Assembly (NCBI GenBank): GCA_951406725.2 | Contig: OX597814.1 | Location: 62,682,001 to 62,746,000, forward strand | DNA length: 64,000 nucleotides | Reading direction: 5' to 3' | DNA from: Octopus vulgaris | Lineage: Eukaryota | Shown: piece by piece, positions 27,395 through 40,701 of the stretch | How positions within the stretch are numbered: position 1 is the stretch's first letter | Layout: every line of letters begins with the position of its first letter | Notes under the pieces: model-generated | The model's input: the letters and a program-made list of their open reading frames with translations, nothing else | Told to the model about the DNA's origin: nothing | Databases searched by the model: none | Program-made: the position numbers and the translations under genes

Positions 27395-27892
27395 ATATCT
27401 ATGTATGTACTACGCGTGTGGATATGTACAAACGTACGTACATATGTACGTATGTTTGTGTGTTTGTACGTATGCATGCATATATGTTTGTATGCATGTA
27501 TGCATGTATATATGTATATACGTATATATGTATGCATTGTATATGTGTTTATATGTGTGTATTATGTGTGTATGTTTGTATTATGTGTGTATGTATGCAT
27601 GAGGTGTATGTATTATGTATGTGTGTGTATATGTATGCATTTATTATGTGTATGCGTGTATGTATTATGTGTGTCTTTCTGTATATATTTATGAATGTTC
27701 CCGTCCGTTTTTAATTATTGGAAATCTTCCTCTGTGAAAGGAACTGATTTCTAATAAAGGAGCTGGTTTCCACTGCCCTACTCATTAGTCACTATGTGGT
27801 TGGACTCACAATGTTCCTAAAAGAATTCGTTGAGGCAGCTTGTGTACAATTTGTACACAATGCAAGCAATGGACCTGCCAATTCGGTCCATG

Positions 27893-27924
<32 letters not shown>

Positions 27925-28458
27925 TGTATGTATGTATGTATGTATGTATGTATGTATGTATGTATGTATGTATGTATGTATGTATGCATGCATGCATGTA
28001 TGTATGTATGTATGTATGTATGTATGTATGTATGTATGTATGTATGTATGGATGCATGGATGGATATATGGATGCATACATGTATCTATGATGTATGTAT
28101 GTATGTCTTTATATACGCATCCATACATGCGCATATATACAGGTGTATATAATGGCAAAAATGGTTGGAGTGTATGCGCCTGTACATTGGTGATCACGAT
28201 ACAAGGCTCGTAGCTTTGATGGTCATAGTAATCCTAGATCTGTAGGGTTCCTTGATTGGCCCTGGTTGGAGTTTCTTTTGTGCCAAGAGGACTGCTTCAT
28301 TCACGTTATCACATACTTTGTATGTGTACATAAATACATGCACATTATACGTACATACAAACACACACATAATATATATATATACATGCACATCATACAT
28401 ACATACAAACTTACATACGTATGTACATACATATACACACACATAATACATACATACA

Positions 28459-28492
<34 letters not shown>

Positions 28493-28520
28493 CATACATG
28501 CATATATACATACAGGCATA
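27395..28520. repeat. Degenerate (TATG)/(CATA) microsatellite fields with unique spacers
   Basis: Direct reading of the sequence. Confidence 0.85.
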
Positions 28521-28619
28521 CACATTTCATTGTATTTTCGATTTCTTTCTACCAATCGTTTATGGAAATCCCCACACAAATTGCTGTCTGTCCTTGTGAT
28601 ATCTCCTCCATCTATACCC

Positions 28620-30482
28620 GGTGGTAAATAAAAAGAAACAATAATCATCTCACACTTGCTCTACATGGATGACCTGAAATTATGTGCAAAAGATGACAGG
28701 GGGCTGAAAGGGCTACCAGTAATTGTGAAAAAATTCAGCGATGACATAAATACTGAATTTGACATTGACAAGTGTGAAAAAGCTTCGTTAAAACGTGTTA
28801 AACTGCCAGTTAATATCACGACCCAACTTGATCATGATACACCTTATCAAGGACCTGGACCAAGAAAGAGTTTAAAAGTATCTTGAGATACACGAAGGGA
28901 AAGGGATTCAACACGGATCAATGAAAGAGAATATCAGGAGTTTTATAGACGTGTCAGAAAGGTCCTGAATACTGAGCTGAACTCTCAGAATAGAATTGAA
29001 GCTATAAGCTCCCTGATGATTCCAGTTATCTAGTACAGCCTTAATGTCATCACCTGGAATCTGAGTAATCTCTAGCGCATAGGCATAAAGACCAGGAAAC
29101 TTCTGACACTAAACAGTATGCCTCACCCAAAATCAGACGTCTCCCACGAAAGAAAGGCGGCAGAAGCCTAATCCAGCTTAAAACGTCCTATAAAACGACC
29201 ACGATAGGACTCCAAGTGTACATCTAAAGTAACACCGACTGAATGATACAACTAATAAGGCAACAAGAACATAGTAAGAAACTGCACTCAATCTCAAAGC
29301 GTGCATATAGATACATCATCATCATCATCGTTGTTCGACCGTGGTCGAGACAATGGAATTTACCATGCTACGCCAGACTTCACGGTCCATCATGGCATTA
29401 CGGAGGTCCTGTTGCTGGATGCCTGTATCCCTGGAGATTACACCAGGGTAGGAGAGCGTGCGCCCTCTGGTATTGCGAGTAGATGGCTTCCAGAAGAGAA
29501 GAGTAGAAATTGCCTCGTTTTCAGCTCTACAACAATGTCCAGCAAACTGGTCTCTCCTACCTTTCACAAGAGATGACACAGGTGGTAGTTTCCCATATAT
29601 TTGCATTTGCAAATATATAGATACAGATGAGAACTGAACCTCCCCAAATATGAAGATGATAAAGAAGACACATCATTCACGAAAGCAGCAAAAAATGTAA
29701 AACAGGGGCTAAACAGGGAAGCTTGAAGTTAATATCGAGAAAAATTATTGCATGGGAAGCTGACGTAGACATAAGAACTCATCAGTGGTTATAGCCAAAA
29801 CAAGGATTTATCCTTGCGGCACGAAATCAGAGTCTCCTCACTCGGAATTAGGAAGCTAATGTTACACACAATGAGGTTGGCACAAAGTGTAGACTCCGCA
29901 GTGACAAACTGGGGAGTATTGACCACACTGTTGCCGGTTGTACAGTCCTTGCCCCAACAGAATATAAAACCAGGGATGCCGTCCTTATGATATCCTGCAC
30001 CTTAAGAACTAGTATAAACACCATCCGGAGCCAGTCACTGAAGGAGAGGATGTTACCATCCTATGGGATTATGGGATACATACACACAGGCAAATAAATG
30101 GTAACAGATCAGGCATCGTCATCAAAGAAATAACACAAAAAAACATGTCTGTTAATTGATATGGCAGTACATTCAGATAGAAACATCTCAGCGAAGGAAT
30201 CTGAAAAACTGTCGAAAGGACCTTGAGACAGATATCTAAGACGTGGCAATTAAAAACCAAAACCATCCCTGTTGTTGTAGATGCCCTGAGAATGATCAAG
30301 AAAGGTAGTGATAAATTTCTTTACCAGATCCCTGGGGAACCAACTGTCTATGAAACCAAAAAAATTCTGTTGACATCAACCACTCATATTCTCAGGAAGC
30401 TCCTCTCCATCTAATATAGAGGTGCTTTAAGTCTTTGGTTGAGACCCTGTCAGAAGATGAAATAAAATGCAAATCAATCAGA
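28620..30482 (+). mobile_element. R4/Dong-type non-LTR retrotransposon with restriction-like endonuclease; 5'-truncated, degenerate, interrupted by a nested LINE fragment
   Basis: ISHLLYMDDLKL; CCHC-like KCRL....SIDHTVAGC (~29885-29941); RLE-like IVIK / CLLIDMAV / KESEKL; TIPVVVDAL; followed by (AAT)n. Confidence 0.8.
29316..29614 (-). mobile_element. RTE-like LINE 3' fragment with (GAT)n tail, nested in the R4/Dong element
   Basis: ORF IYGKLPPVS..RRDQFAGHC..AMMDREVWR; 11-bp TSD ATATAGATACA at 29305-29315 and 29615-29625. Confidence 0.8.
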
Positions 30483-30483
30483 A

Positions 30484-30547
30484 AATAATAATAATAATAA
30501 TTTCCACATTATTACTATTATAAAATAATAATAGTAATAATGTGGAA

Positions 30548-30644
<97 letters not shown>
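30484..30644. repeat. (AAT)n/(ATT)n tracts arranged as a fold-back palindrome
   Basis: TTTCCACATTATTACTATTAT (30501-30521) is the reverse complement of 30528-30548. Confidence 0.9.
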
Positions 30645-30645
<1 letters not shown>

Positions 30646-31540
30646 GTGGAAATTATTGACTGGAATACTCGCAGAGTCAATGTACGAACATCTGGAAAAA
30701 ATGGAGTCCTGCCACATGAGCAGAAGGGTTGCAAGCGTAAGTGCAGAGGTACCAAGGATCAACTCCTGATAGACAAAACTGTACTTAGAGACTGCAAGAA
30801 GAGGAAAAGCAACTTAGCTACGTCATAGATCGACTATCGTAAGGCGTACGATATGATCCCACACTCTTGGATAATGGAATGTATGAACCTATTTGGTATT
30901 GCATCGAATGTTGAGCGATTGCTTGGAAAAAGTATGGCGTATGGGAGGATGAACCTAACAGCATACGGAAGAAGTTTAGGGACAGTAGACATCAGGAGGG
31001 GTATCTTCTAAGGAGACTGCCTGTCCCCACTGATCTTTGTACTGTTCTTGATACCACAAACACTGATTCTGAGGAAAGAAAAAGCCGAGTATGTATTCAA
31101 AAGCCGCCAACAAAAAATTAACCATTTGTTATTCATGGATGATCTCAAACTTTATGGTAAAGATGAAGCTCTGGTCAGTTCCCTTGTTGATACGGTGCTG
31201 ATATCAGAATAGAATTCGGACTGATAAAGTGTGGTGTGTTAGTCTTGAAGAGAGGCTAAATCAAATGTATGGACGGGCTATCGATACCGTCGGGGGAGGT
31301 TATAAAGCAGATAGAAGAGACAGGCTATAAGTACTTGGGGATTTTGGAAATGGACAAATTCATGGAGAAAGAAATGACAGAAAAATTTAAGGTGGAGTAC
31401 TTGCGCAGATTAGATATGGGACACTCCACCCAAAAAGTGACACAGACAGACTATATGCACCAAGAAAAAGAGGGTGAAGAGAACTTATTGGATACGAACA
31501 CAGCATTAGAGAAGAAGAAAGTAACATAGTATGGTATGTA
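30645..31540 (+). mobile_element. Second R4/Dong-type RT fragment from a different subfamily
   Basis: [62 protein letters not shown]. Confidence 0.85.
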
Positions 31541-31765
31541 AACCCGGTGTTTAGGGTTAGGTTTACGCCGAAAATGGGTGGTGTACGTATTCTTTACCTC
31601 TGCCTATTTATGTATGTGTATATGAAAGATGTGTGTGAGAGAGAGGGAAAGAGAAAGAGAGTGAGTGAGTGACGCTTACACATACATGCAAAAATATTCA
31701 TACATCACAACACACACCTTCACTGACTGACTGACACACTCACTCACTCACTCTTTTTTCACTCA

Positions 31766-31803
<38 letters not shown>

Positions 31804-32329
31804 TGTCCATTTCAATACACGTACATCATTCACTTTCTCCTCTCATTTACTTTCTCCTCTCCCTTCAAAGCAAATATCACCTTTTCTCTTATCCTCTCTT
31901 TCAATTTCTGCTCTCTACAAAGCATAAATACATTAAAAGAATGTTATGGAAATTAACGAACAATCATATGATCCTCTATATGTCGAATTGACAACTTTGT
32001 TTCTTCACATAAAAGAATGCGTTAAAATAACTTCCTTTGACACGCACACATATGCACATACACACATTCTAAGTAAAACTTCTGTGCGAATTGTGTTATT
32101 TCTTGCAGTTTGCACGCGCAAATTTAAATGGTCTTTTTCTATTATGTAATTTGTGTTTGTGATGAGCATATTTAAAAACCTGGTCTTCGATATAAACTTA
32201 AAAGGAAGTTTTCCCAGGAATCCTGTCCTTTACCTCTTCTTTCTAGCATGTCCGAGGTGACGTTTCTGCTTTATCACCTTATTTTCCCCTAAGTTTCTTC
32301 CGATTCATATGTTTGCGTTACAGGACCTT

Positions 32330-32905
32330 AAGATTTCACCCACAAAACACATTCTCAATATTTTAATTTTCTCCCTCTCCACACCAAATTCACTTTTTAC
32401 TTTTTTCAAATATTTTTTCTTGGTAATCCATGGAGAAAAAACAGAGAGTACGAATCTTTAAGAATTTTACCCATCACCTCACCACTTTCAAAAAGCTACA
32501 CACTCCCAATGTTTCACTTTTAGCTTTTTGGAAAGCAGGGGAGTTTCTTCAGAAATAATGTCATTTACCTGTTGTTTCTAGCATGTCGGGTTTTCTGGCG
32601 GTGGTCTGGTATTTTTAAAGTTTGCTATTTCAATAGAATTCTACGCATGCAGGAAACATCAGACAAAAGTGAAAGCGAGTAGGTGATGAGTGAGCGAGGT
32701 AGAGGAAGGGGCATTGAGTGTTTCTTTAAGAAAAATTAAACTATAAAAAATATATGTATTTCTCAGATTCGTAATCTCTGTATTTTTCTACGTAGATAAC
32801 AAAAACAAAAAAAGAAAAAAAATCGAAAAAGTTTCAAATTTAGAAATTGCAGTGAAGATGGGGGGAAAATTAAAATTTTGAAAACGTGATTTCTGAACAA
32901 AATCC
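32330..32905. mobile_element. Possible old MITE or fold-back element with degenerate inverted ends
   Basis: 32331-32382 resembles the reverse complement of 32852-32905. Confidence 0.35.
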
Positions 32906-33137
32906 TATTTACCCCCTTTTATTCAATGAAACAATAAATAGTTTGTGATCCTTCTTAAGAACAGAAAGTACTTTCATGAAAACCCATGCAAATTGTACCC
33001 TCTCACTTCACTTTTAAACAAACAATAACTTCCATTATGCATTAATTATATATCAGCTGTGCCGATTCTGCCCATAAGAAAGGAGCAAATAATACAAAGT
33101 GCCTGTAGCTCATAACACCCGGCCAACTCCGGGATGC

Positions 33138-33248
33138 ATCAAGGAAGGACAATCTTATCGGTTCATTTAAATTAGTTTTATGGTGAAGCTTATTTCGTTT
33201 CACCATGAAACTAATTTAGATGAATTGATAAGCTTTTCCTGGCTTGAT
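33138..33248 (+). ncRNA. Candidate structured RNA hairpin (pre-miRNA or hpRNA-like)
   Basis: 33154-33189 pairs with 33197-33232 as an unbroken 36-bp stem with five G:U pairs and no mismatches; 7-nt loop; further outer pairing AGGAAGG/UUUUCCU and AUCAAG/CUUGAU. Confidence 0.45.
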
Positions 33249-33439
33249 TTTGTTTAACTCTTGTTTAAATTATGCCTGCCGACTCGGAGGTAGACTGCGG
33301 ATCCCCGGTTCCCTCCCTACTGGCCGGTGGCTACCATAACTCCAGTCCCGGTTGTGAACTTGGATCCTATCCTAATAGTTTATCAATTGGAGCACTCAGA
33401 CCGCATACCTATTAATTTAGATCACCAGTGACCTAAACT

Positions 33440-33490
<51 letters not shown>

Positions 33491-34359
33491 TATATATATA
33501 GTGTTGGGGATGTGCGTGGGAGTGCATTTTACTGGTTAAAACATTTATGTTTTTTTTTTACATTTTCATTAGTGGGTTGTGCTTATGATTGCTCACAAGA
33601 GTGTTTCTGAAGTACTTACAAATTGGATGCAAGTATAAATTTGTTCATAATTTTCTGTGTACACATTCCTTTCCATTTACTTTTGACGAAATGTAAACAT
33701 TTATGAGACAAGTGACTTCCATAATAGTATATTGTTTTATCTCACATAAAACTGTTTGAATTTTATTGATATTTTGCTAAGTATACAGGTATACTTAACA
33801 CTCCGTTATATCATAGATATTTCGATGCTCGAAAATAATCTAAGAGTTATATTGAATAATATTTTGGACCTTACATTATGCCTCATAATTAGATAGTGTT
33901 GTTGCGATAGATATTAAAGAAGCCTGTCATATTCTTGTGTTCCTCGTGTACCTTGCTATCTGCTCTGGGTTTATTACATATCCATTATATAGGCGAGTCG
34001 ATTATTATATAGCCTTACGTTGTCGCTCAACGTGGTAGAAATAATAACCAATTTCCATCAAATACCCACTGCCGTCTTCAACAGAGGAAGAGTACATCAG
34101 CACAATGTATTCTCTTAAATACAGATTAGTTGGTCGTGATTGTAATGTCTTGAATCATAGCACTTCTGCAAGGGAGCAGGCTTATCTGAAATACTTCACT
34201 ATTTGAGAGCAGATATCATACAGATTATTGGGATCATCCATGCTGCTGTTCAGCTGAATGTTACTTAAATCATTGTCCTGTACGACTAACTGTAGATAAG
34301 TGACTAGACTTTGTTAAGCTGTTTAACACCTCTGGGTATAAATGTCTGCTGCCTGTCCG

Positions 34360-34360
<1 letters not shown>

Positions 34361-34442
<82 letters not shown>

Positions 34443-34459
34443 GTCTGTCTATCTATCTG

Positions 34460-34540
<81 letters not shown>

Positions 34541-34553
34541 TTATCTATCTATC
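34361..34553. repeat. (TATC)n tract 5' of Tx1 copy
   Basis: Direct reading of the sequence. Confidence 0.97.
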
Positions 34554-37056
34554 GAGTAGCGGGCAAGAACGTAGGGTAGACTTCAGTGCCTACCTACACA
34601 GCCTACCACGACTCTCGACAAGAGAGGCAGGGCGCTGCGAAGGTGCCATCACGGCGGCGGAAGTGCAGGACGCGATGGCAGAATGCTCGAGGGACAAATC
34701 ACCGGGTTTGGATGGTCTACACTACGAGCTTTACAGTTGTATGCCAGACTTGTTTGGAGACGTCTTGATAGCGGTGTACTGCAACTGGTAGCAAAACGGG
34801 AGCATTCCTGGTTTTGTGAGCCGAAGAGCCGTAACACTGCCGAAGAAAGATTTAAACAAGGGGGATGTAATAGATAACTTTAGGCCCATCACTATGCTTA
34901 ATGCAGACTTGAAAATTTTGGCCAAGGTGTTAGCCAATAGGTTGTCGCTTGTCATCGAGAAACTGGTCAACAAAGCGCAAACGTGCGCCGTGCCGGGCCG
35001 GAGCATCCATGACAACGTCCACCTGATGCGCTACATCATGGACAGGGTAGTTAACGAACCTGGCATGGGTGGGGAGCTGATCAATTTGAATCAATCGAAA
35101 GCTTTCGATAGGGTAAACCATCGATATTTGGAGGCTGTCCTCAGAGCGGCTGGTTTCGGTCCTGTCTTCCGCTGCTGGATAGCCGCTTTGTACAGAGGTA
35201 TCCGTTCGGTAATTCGCGTAAATGGACATCTATCGAGACTTTCGACATTGCACGTTTGGTCCGTGAGGGATGCCCCCTCTCGTTGCTTCTGTACGTATTG
35301 ACTCTCGAGCCATTAAGTGGAAGCTGGCAACTCTGAGAGGCATCCCGCGAGAACTGGGATACGGGACGACGTCACCGTCATAGTGTCTAGCCACGAGCAC
35401 ATCGACCTGTAAGACTACGAAGCGGTGACAGGAGCGAAAATCAACCGGGAAAAATTAGTGGGCTTGCGACTCGGCACCTGGAGAAGCTAGCCCGTGCCGT
35501 CCACCAGCGTCTCCGTCGTTGGACGCTGGACCGACGGTCCGGTCGAGTTGCCCAGGGTCTGGTTTGGTCCGGACCTCTAAATGGAGAAAAACTGGAACGA
35601 GATAATGAGTAGGGTGGTCACTCTCGCCCGGCAATGGGCCGAAAGGAAACTGTCCCTAAAAGGTCGGGCGGAGGTGGCGAACTCGTACATCGCGTTCGTC
35701 ATTTACTACCGCCTGATCGTCGTACCTTGTCCCGACCCTACCATCATCAAACAAGAACGCATTCTCTTTCGCTTCTTGTGGAAAGGATGCGTCCCGATGG
35801 TCAGGCGATCCATTTGCTGTCAACACCCGTTAAAAGGAGGACTGGGCATGCTGTGGTTGATGATGTGCAGACACGCGCTGAGACTGCGACATATCAGGCT
35901 CTACGTAGAGGACGGTGAACAGGTGTAGTCGCCGTTTGTGAGGCATGCTTTCCCGCAACTCATCCGCGACTCCATGACCGAACTGCAGTCGTGGATCAAA
36001 AAGAGGCCGAGGAAGGGCGAATGGCACCGCGAGTGTAGCGTTGCTCTCAAGCAACTATGTCGTCCCGGGTCGATATTGATTGACTTCAACACAACCAAAG
36101 CATTCTATAGGGGATAAGTGGAGGTGAGGTACGACGACAATCTCGGGGCGAACCTGGACGTCGACGAGGAATACCTGACCCGCCTGTTCAGGACGACTTT
36201 CGGGCCAGGGCCCATGGACAACTTCCAGAGATCCCTGGCCTGGCAGTGCTGCCGAAAAGCGCTACCCGTTCGAGATAAGCTCTAGAGACACGGCTCGAGA
36301 AACACGGGGCCGACCTGCCCGAGATGTAGTCAGAGCGACGAAACCGTTCTGTACGCGCTCGTGCAGTGTCCAACCATTTCCAACCTGTGGGCTTATGTCG
36401 AACGACTGCTGTCACGTGTGGGATGAGTCGGTTTATCAGCTGAGTCTATTTTCAATATTGTCACGTCTCCTTCCTTCAAACGGGAAGGAAGAGCTATTTT
36501 CATCATCCTTGTGGCTATGGTGAAAGAATGTATCTGGTGGACGCGTCTGAAAGGATTGGAGGCAAACACTTTCCTCTCTGGTCAATCTCTCGTCAACTTC
36601 TTCAAGTATCACTTGAAAAGGAAGGTGAGAGTAGAGAGGTAAGTTTTGTCTAGCGAATGTTTCAAAAAAAGATGGGTGAATGTAGCAAGGATGGCACGTA
36701 TGAATGACGAAGCTACCTTGAGCATAATCCTATGAACCTAGAAAATTTAAAACAGAGGGTTACCTACTTGCAAACAAATGTGGTTACCGTGGTCTTTTTC
36801 GTAGGCTTTTCTTCCCACGGATAAACCTTATCTGCTACCCCCTTACACTTTACACCATGACACTGTGATACATGATCCCTATTGATCGTTTTTACCCTTT
36901 TTTTCCCTTTTTTCTCCTTTTTCTTCTTTCCCTTTTACGATCCCTTTTGATCGAAAACCTAACCCAGCCCCTTTTTTTCTTCTCCCCCAAAAAGAAAAGC
37001 TCTATTTTGTAATCTGTCCCGTCTGTGTGCAGCCCTGTGTGGCTAATAAAGAAACA
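34554..37056 (+). mobile_element. 5'-truncated Tx1/L1-like retrotransposon (ORF2 RT, zinc finger, 3' UTR) inserted in (TATC)n
   Basis: [45 protein letters not shown]; multiple stops and deletions; AATAAA at 37045-37050; (TATC)n on both sides. Confidence 0.92.

Positions 37057-37154
<98 letters not shown>
37057..37154. repeat. (TATC)n tract 3' of Tx1 copy
   Basis: Direct reading of the sequence. Confidence 0.97.
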
Positions 37155-37493
37155 CAAAATGTATCTATCGCTATACAGGGTGTTTGGGCCAAATCTGACG
37201 ACTTTTATGTCTGTTTTTTCAGGAATAGCTTGATGGATTGGAGAACATAAAGATTATGCCACATACACACACACGCGCGCGCACACACACACACGCGCGC
37301 GCACACACACACACGCGCGCGCACACACACACACTTTACACGCAGATACCGACCATTCTTCACATTCTCCTGTCCCAGAAAACACTTTCGCTTTGTCCTT
37401 CTACTTCCGGTCATTTCAAAAATGTGACTACACGTGGACTGCTGGCGATCCTCTTTTCTTCCTTTTCCTTTTTCCTTTGGAATTTTCTGTTTC

Positions 37494-37528
37494 GTTTCCG
37501 AAGAAGAAGTATGCTCGAAACGTAAAAC
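37494..37528 (+). ncRNA. Hammerhead-like motif in a probable solo Penelope pseudo-LTR fragment
   Basis: GTTT-CCGAAGA-AGAAGTATGCTC-GAAA-CGTA-AAAC, with closing stem I GTTT/AAAC. Confidence 0.45.
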
Positions 37529-37822
37529 AACCACTCTTTTCCTTCTCTGGGCATCTTATTTAATCAACATGTATCATCTTATTGTTTCTCTTGTCATTGA
37601 TTGTATGTTGTTAGCATTTAAAAAAAAATTGTTATATTCATATATTTATCTGCATGTGTTTACTTTATGCGCATGTCAGTATTATGTACACCTATCATGT
37701 ATTTGTGAACGCCTATCATGTATTTGTGTACATTAATATTTGTGTAATCATTAATATATAAGTGCATGTAGATGTATGTATTCATATATAATTTTATATG
37801 TACATTTATGCATCCATGTGTT

Positions 37823-37877
<55 letters not shown>

Positions 37878-38795
37878 ATGTGTGTATGTGTGTGTGTGTA
37901 TGTGTGTATGTAAAGTTGAGTAACGTTTACATGACTGGATTTGTATGTGTGTATGTGTGTGTATGTGTGTATTTGTGTGTGTAAAGTTGAGTAACGTTTA
38001 CATGACTGGATTTGTAAACTACTATAAGAGTAACATTGGTCAAAAAGAATTTGTCCCAAAAGCACAGAAAAATATGTAAAATACAAACACAGAAAAATTA
38101 AAACAAAACACGTAGGTGAAAAGAATCTCGTGGTATGAAGAATCAAGTGTGAAAAATCAACATAGAACATCGTGCGGCACTGACAACAGTGGCCGTCATG
38201 GTAACAAGCTGCTAATGCCACGCTGTCTGTTGATTGGCTAAAATTACCCAAATTTCTCAACTTTAATTCTAAATAACATCAGATTCTTAATTTACGAGAT
38301 AAAGTAATTCGTTAATCGTAATCAAAATTCAGAGTTGTATCGATACACCAAAATTGAAAGTAATCTGAGCAAAATTAAATGGGGCTCATTTTATGAATGG
38401 AAAAGGCTAGATCCCGTTTTTATACACGTTACTACTTTGCTTGTTGCAAATCGGTGGTCACTTTGTTTACAATATGTTGTTGGCAGAAGCGGATCTTGGC
38501 TATCACTCCAGTGCGCTGGCGCGCGAGGCTAACAAAGAACCAACTAGCTCGAAACTGGGCCAGTCCCACGTTCTTGTTAGCTAATGGAGTGTTAGTAGGG
38601 GGTTCGCTCCCCCTTCTAGCAATGTATTGTAATATAAAGGATGCAGATTGTGCACCGAAAGCCAGCTGGCGGAGAAGCTGCCTGTATTTAAACTAGTAGT
38701 GACATCCACCTGCTACTTTGATGTGGCAACGTATTGATGTTTTCGGACGTGTTACTACTATATCTCGTCTTGAGGTGTCATAACTAGCTACTTTG

Positions 38796-38850
<55 letters not shown>

Positions 38851-39625
38851 TAATTGATTAAGTAACCAGAAGATGGAATTGGGATTAATCTTTTTTTTTG
38901 TACAACGATCGCTTCGACCCATCCTACTACTGTCCCTTATGGGTGCGTCTTCGTTCAACATGTTGTGTTGCATTCATTTTGCAGTCTGGGTCGCATCAAG
39001 TACATCCATACATAAAGTGGTGTCTCGTTAAAATTCTTGAGTTTAGGCGGTCATGTTATATGTTCGTCGAGTTAGAGAATGAAGCATTGTTACAGTTTTC
39101 ATTATTATTAGCTTTCCATAACAAAAACTGTAAACATTTGTAAATATAAACAAATAACTCTAGATAAGAAAGAAAAGAAGGAAAAGAGAAAAAAATTTTG
39201 CAAGGGAAGTGAATAGATGAACAAATAGGGATTGAGTTACATTAGGCTGAGTTACATTGGGTTCTAGAAAAAGGAACGCTAAAGTGCCTTGGGGGCGAAG
39301 GTTGGTAAGCTTGCTAACTTAGGTCGGGTTGCGTTTAGGCATATACACACACATTCATACACACTCATACCCGTACATACACTCACGTCGGCACCCCCGT
39401 CCATTTGGCCAATTTCGACCGCAGTTCGTACAATTTGTGGTCGGAAGATAACTACATGAAAAGTCTATATTCACAGCTACTTTAAGATTAGGGCAGCTTG
39501 TAAACAGTTTGACGCATCGTATATCAATACCACTCAGTGTGAGTCACACACGCATATACCTATATATACACATATACATACTTGCACACACATACACACG
39601 CACGCACACACACACATACACACAC

Positions 39626-39716
<91 letters not shown>

Positions 39717-39751
39717 TATATATATACATATATACAAAATATTAGAAAAAA

Positions 39752-40048
39752 ACACCTTTTATCAATTCAAAATGAATAATTGAATTACATAAAATTGAAA
39801 ATTACATATAATAGAAAAGTTAAAATTAAAATAACAATAAATAGTAAAGATTAAATAAATTACAAAAAATACTAAAAATGTATATGATAGTATATATACC
39901 TATTATATACATTTTTATTACATTTTTATTATTTTTGTAATTTACTTAATCTTTACTTTTTATTGTTATTTTAATTTTAACTTTTCTATTATATGTAATT
40001 TTCAAGATTATGTAATTCAATTATTCATTTTGAATTGATAAAAGGTGT
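39752..40048. repeat. AT-rich fold-back with arms of about 125 bp, between (TA)n tracts
   Basis: ACACCTTTTATCAATTCAAAATGAATAATTGAATTACAT... pairs with ...ATGTAATTCAATTATTCATTTTGAATTGATAAAAGGTGT. Confidence 0.9.
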
Positions 40049-40153
40049 ATATATATATATATATTATTTTGTGTGTGGAATTTGATTTAGTATTTCTAAA
40101 TTGAATTTTTTTTCCTTGTAAGTTTGGATTTTATTCCCTCAAATAATAATTAT

Positions 40154-40197
<44 letters not shown>

Positions 40198-40201
<4 letters not shown>

Positions 40202-40430
40202 GTTGCATAATGTCAACATAACGTGACAGTCCCGTAAAGGGAATTACACCATGCATGTCTCCAGGTTGCTAGTCCTAGTTGGTGGGGGTGTTTGCCTCCC
40301 CTTTGCAAATATAAGGACATAGGGAATGTGTCAAAGCCAACAGGAAGCGTCGATGCTTCCTAGGGCTATATAGCGGTGGTGTAATTCCCTTTACGGGACT
40401 GTCACGTTATATTGACATTATACAACCACT
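40198..40430. repeat. Inverted repeat, 54-bp arms and 125-bp spacer, abutting (TA)n
   Basis: ATAACGTGACAGTCCCGTAAAGGGAATTACACCA vs TGGTGTAATTCCCTTTACGGGACTGTCACGTTAT. Confidence 0.9.
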
Positions 40431-40642
40431 CTATCGCTCCATCACCGCTCATGTCTCTTCGAGACATTTAGAAATTTAATATTTCTAATATATATATACA
40501 AGTAATAGTGACCACATGTGGTTCCTCTCTTATTACTTGTATTTATAATTTTTACTGTATCACAGTTTTTTTACGCTAGGCCACTTGGTGTTTTAAATTG
40601 ATGTTATTAATTAATATTCAATTTTTTTCACCCTTATCGTGA

Positions 40643-40701
<59 letters not shown>

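Noticed and set aside
31551-31565. Telomeric TTAGGG seed
   Set aside because: Only about two units, too short to call an interstitial telomere.
37910-38015. 36-bp direct repeat around a (TG)n tract
   Set aside because: Simple slippage-type local duplication.
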